Assembly: GCA_963711565.1 (NCBI GenBank)
Contig: CAVQEQ010000003.1
Location: forward strand, 1,440,001 to 1,504,000
DNA length: 64,000 nucleotides
DNA from: an uncultured delta proteobacterium
Lineage (GTDB): Bacteria > Desulfobacterota > Binatia > Binatales > Binataceae
Direction of reading: 5' to 3'
In this document: positions 19,725-29,298 of the stretch, one piece after another
Position numbering within the stretch: position 1 is the first letter of the stretch
Layout: every line of letters begins with the position of its first letter
The notes under the pieces: generated by a model
Seen by the model: the letters and a program-made list of their open reading frames with translations, nothing else
Database searches by the model: none
Told to the model about the DNA's origin: nothing
Program-made: the position numbers and the translations under genes

Positions 19725-21314
19725 CTAGCCCCCGTAGGGCGAATACGTAGGCACCGGCGTGGGCGTGAATGCCGGCAGGGCAACGCCAACCGGCAGGTTC
19801 ATCTTGGAATGTCTCGTTTGAACCAGCAGGGTCGGCGCAATGTTGCCGCCGCCCTCGATATCAGGGACATCGGTAAACATCGACAGCGAATCCGCCAAGT
19901 TGTTTACCACGTACAGTGTGTCGAGATCGGCGCTAAGAGCGATGCCCTTCGGCCCCTTGAGTTTCGTGTGGTTGCCGTTGATCGAGCCAATCAGAGTGCC
20001 CTGGTAAAAGAATTCAGTGTCACTGAAATCCGTGAACGCATCAAAGATTTTGATGCCGGGAGGAATTGCGGGGCAGCTTCCGGTGCCGGTCCCCGTACAG
20101 CAACTGTAGGGCGTCTCCGCGCACTCGCACTGCGAGTTGAGTACGGCCGACGTTTTGCCCGCGTCGGTGACGAAAATGATGTCATCTTCGAAGCCATTTG
20201 TGAGAGCTGTAACCCCCAACGGCTCACCGATTGTTCGCTCTGTGTCCGTACCGTTCAAGCCGATGGTAGCACTCGGAAATGTGTCGCCGGACGAGCCGGG
20301 CGCGTATGCGGTTATGAACCGAGGAATAGCAGCGAGGGCGCCTTCCAGGTTGCCGGCGTTGTTCACGACGAACAGGAAGCCATTTTGGTCAAACGCGAGT
20401 TGCTCCGGGCCCGCCAGCAGACTGAGGCATCCGCCGATAGTGGCGTTCTGCACATACTCGGCCTCGGTGAATGGGTTGAGCGCATCCACCGGGCTATTGT
20501 TGTAGGGTTCAACGTTGTTGAGGCCAGGAGTAAACAGTGACCTGTCATACTCAGTGATGGTCCCCAAGCTGGCGCCCGGGGCCGCCACGCCGCAGGTCGT
20601 AGTGGTCGCGCAGGCGGCCTCTCCCGAGTCCGGACCAAGTACTTCGGGAAACTCATTCGCAACCGCCAGGATTTCATGCCCGGTGGGAGTGATCTCATCG
20701 TAGGGGCTTTCAAACGCGACGCCCTGCGGGAAGAACACGCCCGTAGTATTGGGAGCGCCGATCGCGAAATTGGGTGAGCAGATTTCGGCTTCCGGCGCGG
20801 AGTTGCCAGTTGCAGTGTCAGAGAAAATCTCGACCAAGCCGGTTCCATACAGGGGGCTGGTCGCCGGCTCGCCGAAGGGACCGCAACCTACTGGAGGTCC
20901 CAATACCGCGGTAAGCCCGAGAAAGTCGAGCGGCAGAGCTACTGCAATATGCTCGTCGAGCGAACTCACCGAGTCACCGGTTGCGCCAGTGCTGGCGCCC
21001 AACAAAGTGTTGGTGCCCTGAATCAAAAATACGGGCTTCGCACCTTTCCCCCCGCCTTCGGCAAACGTCGCCAGGCTGCCGGCGAACAGAGCGCCGTTAT
21101 TCGACACAACGACCGTGTCGAGCAGATCCGGGCCCTTGTGATGTGGCTTGGCGTAGCTGGTGCCTGCGGTTCCCGCGACCAGCGCCGCGATCGCGAACAC
21201 TGCGGTCACGACCGACAGCCGACGAGCGACCCCCATAAGCCTGCGCGCTCCTGTGGGCGCCAACGAGATCCCATCCCTACCCTGAGTCATCGTCTGCATC
21301 CTTCCATGCGTCAT
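19725..21314 (-). CDS. Secreted acidic protein with NHL-like beta-propeller repeats and Cys-rich inserts
   Basis: Signal-like N-terminus and repeats FPQGVAFE, GPEQLAFD, EPLGVT, GPKGIALS, LPVGVAL. Confidence 0.7.
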   Translation of the reverse strand: MTHGRMQTMTQGRDGISLAPTGARRLMGVARRLSVVTAVFAIAALVAGTAGTSYAKPHHKGPDLLDTVVVSNNGALFAGSLATFAEGGGKGAKPVFLIQGTNTLLGASTGATGDSVSSLDEHIAVALPLDFLGLTAVLGPPVGCGPFGEPATSPLYGTGLVEIFSDTATGNSAPEAEICSPNFAIGAPNTTGVFFPQGVAFESPYDEITPTGHEILAVANEFPEVLGPDSGEAACATTTTCGVAAPGASLGTITEYDRSLFTPGLNNVEPYNNSPVDALNPFTEAEYVQNATIGGCLSLLAGPEQLAFDQNGFLFVVNNAGNLEGALAAIPRFITAYAPGSSGDTFPSATIGLNGTDTERTIGEPLGVTALTNGFEDDIIFVTDAGKTSAVLNSQCECAETPYSCCTGTGTGSCPAIPPGIKIFDAFTDFSDTEFFYQGTLIGSINGNHTKLKGPKGIALSADLDTLYVVNNLADSLSMFTDVPDIEGGGNIAPTLLVQTRHSKMNLPVGVALPAFTPTPVPTYSPYGG

Positions 21315-21783
21315 GTTGTCTAACCCCCGCCGAGTCGAATCGGTGCCCCGTCTGCTGCGCCTATCTGCCTAAAAACCCCCGCGACCAGTCAGTTAGTTCC
21401 CCACTCGGCAAGCCCTGCTCGAGCCACGCCAAGGTCCGGAAATCCACCGGACGCGCTTCGGTGGTCGTACCTACACTGATCAGATGACAAATTCAAGTGC
21501 GACGTAATCCTTCGTTCATGATCGCTATCAACCGACAAAACAGCTTTCAGTCGTGCGCACTGTCCCCGATCGAAAAGGCACCTTATTCATTCACGCTCGA
21601 AGATGGCAAGTGCAGCCCAAAAAAGTGGCGCACAAATCCGTTGGCCGCCGGCTTCGAATCAGATCGACCGCGGACTGGCGACACCCATGTGTATCGAACT
21701 GACGCAACTGAATCCGAGAGGACCAATTTTCACGCGACTATTTTCGGACTATTGCAGAGATGTGACGGGCGCGTGCACCCTGC

Positions 21784-21813
21784 TTGACAAGGTACGCAGG
21801 GGAATGGTAGCTA
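21784..21813 (+). promoter_or_regulatory. Candidate sigma70 promoter of the DUF1302 gene
   Basis: TTGACA followed by a TG-extended but weak -10 (TGGTAGCT). Confidence 0.35.
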
Positions 21814-21930
21814 AGCCGCGTTCGTAGGTTTCGTGCGCGCGAATGGGGAATGAGTGTCTGACGCTTGCCTGAGTGAGCAATCAGGCGAGGAGTTCGACGT
21901 AACCGCGAGGGCTCCAGCTTGGGGGTGTCT

Positions 21931-23856
21931 ATGCAGAACGGGATGAAGGGATTCGGCGGAACGCGGTGGCGGAGTTTGTTGGTGGCCGCCGTCGCAACGA
22001 TCGGAACGCTCTGGACCTCGGTCGCAATGGCGACAATCACGCAGGGCGACTTTTCAGTTTTTGGATTTTTCGAAAGTCGCGAGGCGGGCCACTGGGGCGA
22101 AGGCAGCTCCAGCCTGAACTCGACGCCGACGAAGAACGTTATTTCCGGCGGCCAGACCTACGCGGTTCCCGGCAAGGCTTTCGGGATGACGGGCGGCAGC
22201 TACGATTTCAATCATTGGGATCTGGCCGAGATGCGGCAACTTGCCGACGTGCGGCCCGATTACCACACGATCAAGAACTACAAGCTGCTGGGCCGCTTCG
22301 ACACACTGTTCATCAAGGATGCGGATTTCTTTGCGTACTACCGTCCATGGTACGACGCGTTCGGATCCGTGAAGAGCAATGGCCGCGAGCGCCCCAACAC
22401 CAACGTCACTCCGTACTCGCAGAACAACAGCTCCAACAATGGACTCCTGCCGGTTCACTCGATCCAGAACGATTACATGAAGAACGATCTGCGAGAGTGG
22501 TATTCGCAGTTGAACTTTACCGACAACTTCTCGGCACGTATCGGCAAGCAGGAAGTCATCTGGTCGGAAGCCGACGCGCTGTCAGGAACCGAAGTTACCA
22601 ATCCGGTTAACGCGTCGTGGCACGGAGTTTACGGCGCAGAAGCGGCCGAGGATGTGCGCACGAACCTGCGCATGATCAAGTTGAACTACATCCTGCCGGA
22701 CTTCCTTAAGACCGCCAACAACGAGTTGGAAGGCTTCATAATCCCCGGCGACTTCGAGGGCGCCGGAATCATCACCAACAGCGACCCGCGCAGTCCGTGG
22801 ATTGTCCCGGTCGCGCTGGACGGCGGCTGCACGACCTGCGGCACGGGACCGGACAGCCAATGGCCAGTGAGTTACAATCAGAGCGGCCAAGCCCTCAATG
22901 TCAGCGAGCTGCCCAATGCCGACCCCAAAGGGATGATCTTCCTGCCCGTCGGGCAGGCCATCAAGGGGCACGCATCGGGCGAATTCTACGACTTCTACGC
23001 GAAGGATCTCAGCAAGACTCCGTCAAACTCGCTGGAGAACAGCGAATTCGGCGCGCGCTATTCGACCCTGCTGCCGATTGGGAACGGACTCCAGGCCAGC
23101 TTCATCTACTTATATGAATTTCGCAGCGCGCTGGGCGAAACCTGCGCTCAGTGCGGCCCCGGCGCCACTGGCGAACCGGGCGCGACCGCGGTTGCGCCGG
23201 GCGTTTTCGTTCTCCCCGGGTTCTATCTCAACCACCGTAAACCAGGTGTTGTGTCGGGCGGAACCGTTGAGTCGGTTAGCACGACCGACTATCGGCGCAA
23301 TCATTTCTTCGGTTTGACTGGAACTTATTACGACAAAGACTTGACCGACATCGTGTATCGCTACGACTTTTTGTATCAGCCCAAAGATGCGGTCGCCGTT
23401 CCGAGTACGGTCGCTGTCCGGGGCGGAGAATGGACTGAGTTCACGCGCTGGATCATCGCAGCCGACCGTCCGACTTACATCCCGTGGCTGTCCAAGCAGC
23501 ACACGTTCCTGACGGCTCAGTTCACGGAAACGTGGTACCCGGATCGTCCGGCTGGCGCGACGCCTGAAGTAACCACTAACGGCAAGATCCGCCAGCTCAG
23601 CAGCCTGGCGTTCCTCAATGCAACGAACTGGCTGATGAACGGACAGTTAACGGCGAGCAACCTGATCCTGTGGGACATCGACGACAATGTCGGCGAACTC
23701 TCGACCACCAACGTTTACCGCTATTCGCGAAACGTGCTGTTCGGAGTGAACGCACAGTGGTTCCTCGGACAGAGCGGCCGCTTCACTGATCCGTACCTGC
23801 TCAGCCGCGAGCAGCGTTTCAACGAACTCGAGTTCACGTTCACGTACGAAATCTAG
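21931..23856 (+). CDS. DUF1302-like outer-membrane beta-barrel protein
   Basis: Signal peptide, LREWY...RIGKQEVIWSEAD motif, amphipathic strands and C-terminal FTFTYEI. Confidence 0.75.
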   Translation: MQNGMKGFGGTRWRSLLVAAVATIGTLWTSVAMATITQGDFSVFGFFESREAGHWGEGSSSLNSTPTKNVISGGQTYAVPGKAFGMTGGSYDFNHWDLAEMRQLADVRPDYHTIKNYKLLGRFDTLFIKDADFFAYYRPWYDAFGSVKSNGRERPNTNVTPYSQNNSSNNGLLPVHSIQNDYMKNDLREWYSQLNFTDNFSARIGKQEVIWSEADALSGTEVTNPVNASWHGVYGAEAAEDVRTNLRMIKLNYILPDFLKTANNELEGFIIPGDFEGAGIITNSDPRSPWIVPVALDGGCTTCGTGPDSQWPVSYNQSGQALNVSELPNADPKGMIFLPVGQAIKGHASGEFYDFYAKDLSKTPSNSLENSEFGARYSTLLPIGNGLQASFIYLYEFRSALGETCAQCGPGATGEPGATAVAPGVFVLPGFYLNHRKPGVVSGGTVESVSTTDYRRNHFFGLTGTYYDKDLTDIVYRYDFLYQPKDAVAVPSTVAVRGGEWTEFTRWIIAADRPTYIPWLSKQHTFLTAQFTETWYPDRPAGATPEVTTNGKIRQLSSLAFLNATNWLMNGQLTASNLILWDIDDNVGELSTTNVYRYSRNVLFGVNAQWFLGQSGRFTDPYLLSREQRFNELEFTFTYEI

Positions 23857-23972
23857 AAGTCGAATGGACTGATCGGGCGGCTGTGGCGTATGCTACAGCC
23901 GCCTTTGTTTTTCCGGCGCGATGAGGGCATTGCCGCAAGCCTCGTGCGATCGCTGTTCGTTTCGCCCACATC

Positions 23973-24512
23973 ATGGCGCCGGCCGCGTATCCCGCGATGG
24001 ACGATAACTCACAGACACACTGGTACCTCATTCGCACCAAGACCGGTAAGGAGCGCTGGGTCCGCGATCAACTCGCCAACGTGGTGCCGGAGGTTTTCCT
24101 GCCGATGCTCAAGGCGAAGGCGCCGCGATGGGGACGGATGGCGGTGTCGATCGCTCCGCTGTTTCCATGTTACGTGTTCGCCCGGTTCGATCTTCAGACT
24201 CAGTATTTCGACGTCAAGTACATGGCGGGCGTGCGCGCCATCGTGTCGGCGGGAACCGATCCGCTGGCGGTGCCGGCGCCGATAGTGTCGGAGATTCGCC
24301 GCCGCGGCGTGGACGACGTGATCGAAATACCCGACAAACCGATTGGCATCGGCGAGCGCGTCGTCGTGGTCGAGGGTCCTTTCCGCGGGTTCGAAGCAAT
24401 CTTCCAGCGCTATCTGGCCGGCGCGGAGCGAGTGGCGATTCTGCTCAGCGCGGTCGAATCGGGCGGCCTGCGCGTCGTGCTGTCGGCCTCGGCGGTCGTC
24501 AAAGATTCCTGA
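23973..24512 (+). CDS. NusG-paralog transcription antiterminator (RfaH/UpxY-like)
   Basis: NGN domain WYLIRTK...PLFPCYVFARF and KOW domain GERVVVVEGPFRGFEAIF...RVAILL; precedes a long glycan operon. Confidence 0.9.
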   Translation: MAPAAYPAMDDNSQTHWYLIRTKTGKERWVRDQLANVVPEVFLPMLKAKAPRWGRMAVSIAPLFPCYVFARFDLQTQYFDVKYMAGVRAIVSAGTDPLAVPAPIVSEIRRRGVDDVIEIPDKPIGIGERVVVVEGPFRGFEAIFQRYLAGAERVAILLSAVESGGLRVVLSASAVVKDS

Positions 24513-24515
24513 CGG

Positions 24516-25097
24516 ATGCGGTCGCCGCGCCCACTCGCAGTTGTCCGCGCAATGCTGGTGAGCCTCGCGGGAGCGCTCGCGTGCGCGGCTTGCTCCACCA
24601 ACTCGCCCGCGGTCGCATCGGTGCAGAAGAAGGTGCAGGGGCTCCTGGGGCAGCCCAACGTCACGTCGTTTCTTGACGTGAGATTCGGCGACTCCCTGTA
24701 TCGCGTCCAGAACCGTTTCCCAAACGGCAGTCTCGAGACCGCTCCCTACGGCGCTGACACTTATCGCATCAATAATATCGAAGTCGATGGAGTCCGCTAC
24801 CAGCAGGTCAAGTACGAGTTCACGACCTATTCGGGCATGCAGCTCGTGATGGCGTGGTTCACGCCCGATTCGAGCGGCAAGGTGCTCGAGAAACTGGTTG
24901 CGGCCGTCGGTCCACCGACCGAACAGAACAGCGCCAAGAGCAGCGCTCCGGCCGACACGCAGGCCGCCTGGCAGCTTCCCCACGGCGAACGCGTCCTTTT
25001 CGACGGTCCCAAGCGATTCGTCGCGGTGGTGGGACCGGGCGGCGGCCCGCTCAAGCCAGACGCCGCCGAAAATGACACAGCGCTCGACACTCCCTAG
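24516..25097 (+). CDS. Hypothetical lipoprotein
   Basis: Lipobox-like LACAAC after a hydrophobic stretch; starts 3 nt after the NusG paralog. Confidence 0.7.
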   Translation: MRSPRPLAVVRAMLVSLAGALACAACSTNSPAVASVQKKVQGLLGQPNVTSFLDVRFGDSLYRVQNRFPNGSLETAPYGADTYRINNIEVDGVRYQQVKYEFTTYSGMQLVMAWFTPDSSGKVLEKLVAAVGPPTEQNSAKSSAPADTQAAWQLPHGERVLFDGPKRFVAVVGPGGGPLKPDAAENDTALDTP

Positions 25098-25169
25098 TCG
25101 TTCCGCGAAGCACCGGCTCTCGTACTTCCGAAGACATGCGCTGTGAAGCTTGCGAGGCTGGATGCTAGC

Positions 25170-25199
25170 TTGACCCTCGTTTCATTAGCGTGTTATAAC
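25170..25199 (+). promoter_or_regulatory. Sigma70 promoter of the glycan operon
   Basis: TTGACC-18nt-TATAAC with TG extension. Confidence 0.65.
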
Positions 25200-25336
25200 G
25201 CGCTTTCGGAGTTCTCGGCAGTATTAAACTAACCAGATTGGTCCACTGCGGACCAAGTTGCGTCGCCATAGCGCGATTGTAAGAATCTGGGCGGCTATCG
25301 CCCCGGTTCGATGACCGAGGCCTGATAGCGCGGGAT

Positions 25337-25348
25337 GGCGGACGCGTG
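25337..25348 (+). promoter_or_regulatory. ops-like pause element
   Basis: GGCGGACGCGTG matches 10/12 to the E. coli ops GGCGGTAGCGTG and lies in the long operon leader. Confidence 0.45.
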
Positions 25349-25518
25349 GCGAAAGCGATTTAAGGTGTTCCAGGCGGATAGAAAGCACCGCCTGTTCGCC
25401 CATGATCAGCTTTCGACCTTTCTTTAATTGCGATTTTAGCTATCATGGCGGGGTTCGCGCTTTATCGGGAACCCGGGTGTTCGCGATTTTCGGGGCGAAG
25501 GCTCCGGGAAATCCTACT

Positions 25519-28500
25519 ATGGGGAGTAACATCAGACAGCTAGTTCCAACGACGTTCAAAGCTCTTGTCGTGCTGTTCGCGGTGCTCTTATTCTTTTCCT
25601 CCGCGCGCGCGCAAATGAACGACTCCGGCGGCGGGGCGCTCGGCGGCGCCGGCGGCCTGAATTCCGGCGCAGCGGCGGGCGCGCAGAACATCGGCACCGA
25701 CGGCGATTCGCAAAATGGCGCAGTGAGCAACACGATGCGGCGTGGATGCGTCGATCCGAGCGATCCTGACGCCGCCGATTCCGGCCTGCCGCCATGCACG
25801 AATTCAGATGGCAGCGCCGACACCGATCAAAGTGCGCAGCCCGCCCAATCAACACTCTCCGGCGGCGGCTCTGGACTGGGTGGCGCATCCGCATTGGGCG
25901 GCGGTCCAGTGATGAGCGGTACGCAGGGCTTCGCCAACACGATGAACCGGCAATCGATGTCGGCAGTAATCCAGCAGCTTGGGATTTCGCCCGACGAACT
26001 CGGCAGTTTGAAAAATGAAATGGCGTCGGGCGGTCTCAGCCCTGACGACATGCAAGAGCTATGTCTCCATTTTGCGGCGAAGCAGCTTAGCGCCACCGAC
26101 GTCGCCGGCATCGCGAAATCGCTCGGCCTGACCTTCACCGATCAACAACTCGCGCAGCTCCGAAGTTGCACTGGACTCGCGGGACAAGGCGGCTCGGATG
26201 AGAGCGCGTCGCCCGGCCAGCAGATGGGCATGACGCCGCCGCAGGGCACGTCGCCGTCAAATCAGCCCGCGTCGTCGGTTGAAGCACAATTCCGCGGGCT
26301 CGATTCTGCGCTCGCGCCCGCCGCGCCGAGCACGCGCAACCTGCAGCAATTCGGCTACTCGCTGTTCGCCTCGCGCGTCTCGACGTTCGCTCCTGTAGCC
26401 AACGTCCCGGTCGGCGACGATTACGTGATCGGTCCGGGCGACGAGCTCAAGATGCTGATGTGGGGACGAATCAACAACACGCTGAATCTGACTGTGGGCC
26501 GCGACGGCTCGGTGAGCATTCCGGAGATCGGTCCGCTGCAGGTCGCTGGTTTGACCTTCGCGCAGACCAAGCAGCTGATCGAGGATCACGCCGGACAAAT
26601 CACCGGCGTCAAAGTCAACGTCACGATGGGCAAGCTCAAGACCATCCAGGTGTTCGTCGTCGGCGAAGTCGAGCAGCCCGGCGCCTACACCGTGAGCGCG
26701 TTGTCGCATGTCTCGAACGCGCTCAGCGCGGCCGGCGGCATCACCAAGATCGGCAGTCTGCGCAAAGTAGAGCTTCGGCGGGGCAATCAGCTCGTCCGCA
26801 CGATCGATCTTTACTCGCTGCTGCTGGCAGGAAACGAGCAGAGTGACGAGCAGCTCCAGCCCGGCGACGTAATCTTCGTGCCGGTCATCGGCCCCGTGGT
26901 TGGAATGGTGGGTGACGTGAAGCGGCCCGCAATCTACGAGCTCGGCAGCTCCGGCGAGCCGCTCACCTCTGTAATCAAGCTCGGCGGTGGAATCAGCGCA
27001 TTCGGTTACTCGCAGCGCGTGCAGGTCGAACGGGTTGACGCTCATGAAAAACGAATCGCGCTCGATGTCGACTTGAATGACATCCGCTCGCAGCGCTTCG
27101 ACATCCGCGACGGCGACCTGATCAAGATTTACCCCGTGCTGCCCACGCAGCAAGACATCGTGACGGTGCGCGGCAGCGTGAATCGTCCCGGCAAGTTCGA
27201 ATGGCACCAGGGGATGCGCGTCTCCGACCTGGTACAGCTCGCGGAAGGCACTGCGCCGCACACGTTTTTCAAGTACGCGCTGATTCGCCGCAAGGAAGGC
27301 AAGGCGCAGACCGTGCGGTTGGTGCCGGTCGATCTTGGCGAGGCGATGGCGGACATTGTCGGCGGACCGCAAGACCTTCCGCTTCTGCAGGAAGACGAGC
27401 TGACCGTGTTCAGCGAGTCGCAGATGAAGTATCTGCCGACCGTGCAGGTCTTTGGCGAGGTGCGCAACCCCGGCTACTACGTGCTGAGCGAGGGCATGCA
27501 CGTCAGCGACCTGATTTACCTCGCGGGCGGACTCAAAGACGACGCATATCAGCAGAACGCCGAACTCGCGCGCACCCAGGTCATCAACGGCAGCCACACC
27601 AGCCACACTTTTATGGACGTCGATTTGCGCGCCGCAACGTCCGGCACCGACCAGAATAATCCCGAACTGATGGCGAACGATCAGCTCTTCGTGCGCCGCG
27701 CCTCGGACTGGCATCTGCCCTGGGTCGTGATGGTTCGCGGGATGGTCGCACGCCCTGGCCCGTACACGATTCATGATGGCGAGAGAATCGCGTCAGTGCT
27801 CGAGCGTGCGGGCGGCTTGATGCCCGAAGCCTATCTCCCCGCGACGGTGTTGATTCGCCAGTCGATAAAGGAGCTTCAGCAAAAGCGACTCGACGAGGCG
27901 CGCGCGCGATTGCAGCAGTCGATCGTGCGCATCCAGATGAATCCGGGCGCAATGAACCAGATGGCTCAAAGCCAGGGCAATCAGAATCCCGCCACCAGTC
28001 CGCAAACGCTCAACGCGCTCGAGCACGTGCTGTCGGAAACCGAAGGCCAGCAAGCGCAGGGCCGCCTCGTCATCCATATGCATCCGCTCAACGAGCTTGC
28101 CAACTCGCCGGATAATGTGGTGCTGGTCGACCAGGACCAGGTGACGATTCCGCGGCGTCCCGACGCCATCAACGTGCTCGGCCAAGTGTACAGTCCCAAC
28201 GCGATCATGTATCGGCCCGGGCTGACCACCAGCGACTACCTCAACCAGGCGGGCGGTCCCAACGAAGGCGCCGACCCCGACCACATCATGGTGATCAAGG
28301 CCGACGGCTCCGTGATGACCGACCAGGGAATCAAGGCGAGCAAGGAGTCCACGATGTTCCCGCTGTTGCCGGTGATATCGGGCGGCCTGATGTCGGCGCG
28401 GCTCGACCCTGGCGATACGGTGTACGTTCCTGAGAAGCTGATTTACGAAAACAAGATGCAGGAGACGGCGACGATTACTCAGATTATTGCTAATGCAGCT

Positions 28501-28542
28501 TCGTCGCTCGCCGTGATAGGAATATTGGGCGCAAGTTTGTAG
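25519..28542 (+). CDS. wza: Large SLBB-repeat polysaccharide export protein (OPX, Wza/KpsD-like)
   Basis: Signal peptide from ATG 25519, Poly_export motif DDYVIGPGDEL...GSVSIPEIGPL, and multiple SLBB repeats (GEV..PG.Y, AGG). Confidence 0.88.
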   Translation: MGSNIRQLVPTTFKALVVLFAVLLFFSSARAQMNDSGGGALGGAGGLNSGAAAGAQNIGTDGDSQNGAVSNTMRRGCVDPSDPDAADSGLPPCTNSDGSADTDQSAQPAQSTLSGGGSGLGGASALGGGPVMSGTQGFANTMNRQSMSAVIQQLGISPDELGSLKNEMASGGLSPDDMQELCLHFAAKQLSATDVAGIAKSLGLTFTDQQLAQLRSCTGLAGQGGSDESASPGQQMGMTPPQGTSPSNQPASSVEAQFRGLDSALAPAAPSTRNLQQFGYSLFASRVSTFAPVANVPVGDDYVIGPGDELKMLMWGRINNTLNLTVGRDGSVSIPEIGPLQVAGLTFAQTKQLIEDHAGQITGVKVNVTMGKLKTIQVFVVGEVEQPGAYTVSALSHVSNALSAAGGITKIGSLRKVELRRGNQLVRTIDLYSLLLAGNEQSDEQLQPGDVIFVPVIGPVVGMVGDVKRPAIYELGSSGEPLTSVIKLGGGISAFGYSQRVQVERVDAHEKRIALDVDLNDIRSQRFDIRDGDLIKIYPVLPTQQDIVTVRGSVNRPGKFEWHQGMRVSDLVQLAEGTAPHTFFKYALIRRKEGKAQTVRLVPVDLGEAMADIVGGPQDLPLLQEDELTVFSESQMKYLPTVQVFGEVRNPGYYVLSEGMHVSDLIYLAGGLKDDAYQQNAELARTQVINGSHTSHTFMDVDLRAATSGTDQNNPELMANDQLFVRRASDWHLPWVVMVRGMVARPGPYTIHDGERIASVLERAGGLMPEAYLPATVLIRQSIKELQQKRLDEARARLQQSIVRIQMNPGAMNQMAQSQGNQNPATSPQTLNALEHVLSETEGQQAQGRLVIHMHPLNELANSPDNVVLVDQDQVTIPRRPDAINVLGQVYSPNAIMYRPGLTTSDYLNQAGGPNEGADPDHIMVIKADGSVMTDQGIKASKESTMFPLLPVISGGLMSARLDPGDTVYVPEKLIYENKMQETATITQIIANAASSLAVIGILGASL

Positions 28543-28560
28543 CGAGAGCCAGGGGGACTG

Positions 28561-29298
28561 GTGGGGGTTGGGAAAACCATAATCGCGGCCGCGATCTCGT
28601 TTGCGCTCATCGGAGCGGCTTCGGCGCGGGCGCAAGTTGGACCGTCCGGGCGGACGCGCGCGGAGAACGATCGTTTGTTCCGCGCCGCGGCGGAGCTTTA
28701 CAGCATCGATCCCGATCTGCTGGCCGCAATCGCGAGCGTCGAGTCGGGCGGCAATTCCGACGCGGTCTCGCCCAAGGGCGCGCAAGGCCTGATGCAGCTG
28801 ATGCCCGCGACGGCGAACCGCTTTCGCGTGCTCGACCCGTTCGATCCCGTCAGCAACACGCTCGGCGCCGTGCGCTTCATCAGTTTTCTGCGCCAGTATC
28901 GGACCGCACACGGCGACGGCGCGCCTTTGAGCCTTCCCGAGATGCTCGCGGCGTATAACGCGGGCGAAGGCGCGGTTGACAAGTACAACGGTATCCCGCC
29001 GTATCCTGAGACGCAGCAATACGTGCGCAAGGTGCTGGTCGCCTACCTGTTCCGCGACAGCCGCGGCCCGCTTGCGCAGCGGCTGGGAGCGCGTCCGCTG
29101 GAGACGGATTCCGCTATCCAGCCGATTCGTACGAAGCCGGCAATCAGCAAGCTGCAGCCGGTCATCGCGCATCAGAAAACTCCCAAGGTCGATTTGATCG
29201 ACAAGCTCACCGAGATTCAGCGACTGCGACAGGTTGAACTCAGCCGGCAACAACAACAGACCGCCAGCCGCGTCGGTGAACCTGATGGCCCACGCTAA
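28561..29298 (+). CDS. SLT-domain lytic transglycosylase
   Basis: AIASVESGG, SPKGAQGLMQLMP, LAAYNAGEG, ETQQYV. Confidence 0.93.
   Translation: MGVGKTIIAAAISFALIGAASARAQVGPSGRTRAENDRLFRAAAELYSIDPDLLAAIASVESGGNSDAVSPKGAQGLMQLMPATANRFRVLDPFDPVSNTLGAVRFISFLRQYRTAHGDGAPLSLPEMLAAYNAGEGAVDKYNGIPPYPETQQYVRKVLVAYLFRDSRGPLAQRLGARPLETDSAIQPIRTKPAISKLQPVIAHQKTPKVDLIDKLTEIQRLRQVELSRQQQQTASRVGEPDGPR

Noticed and set aside
21497-21827. Short ORFs in the 21315-21930 intergenic region
   Set aside because: No SD or family motifs and atypical codon use; more likely divergent promoter DNA.
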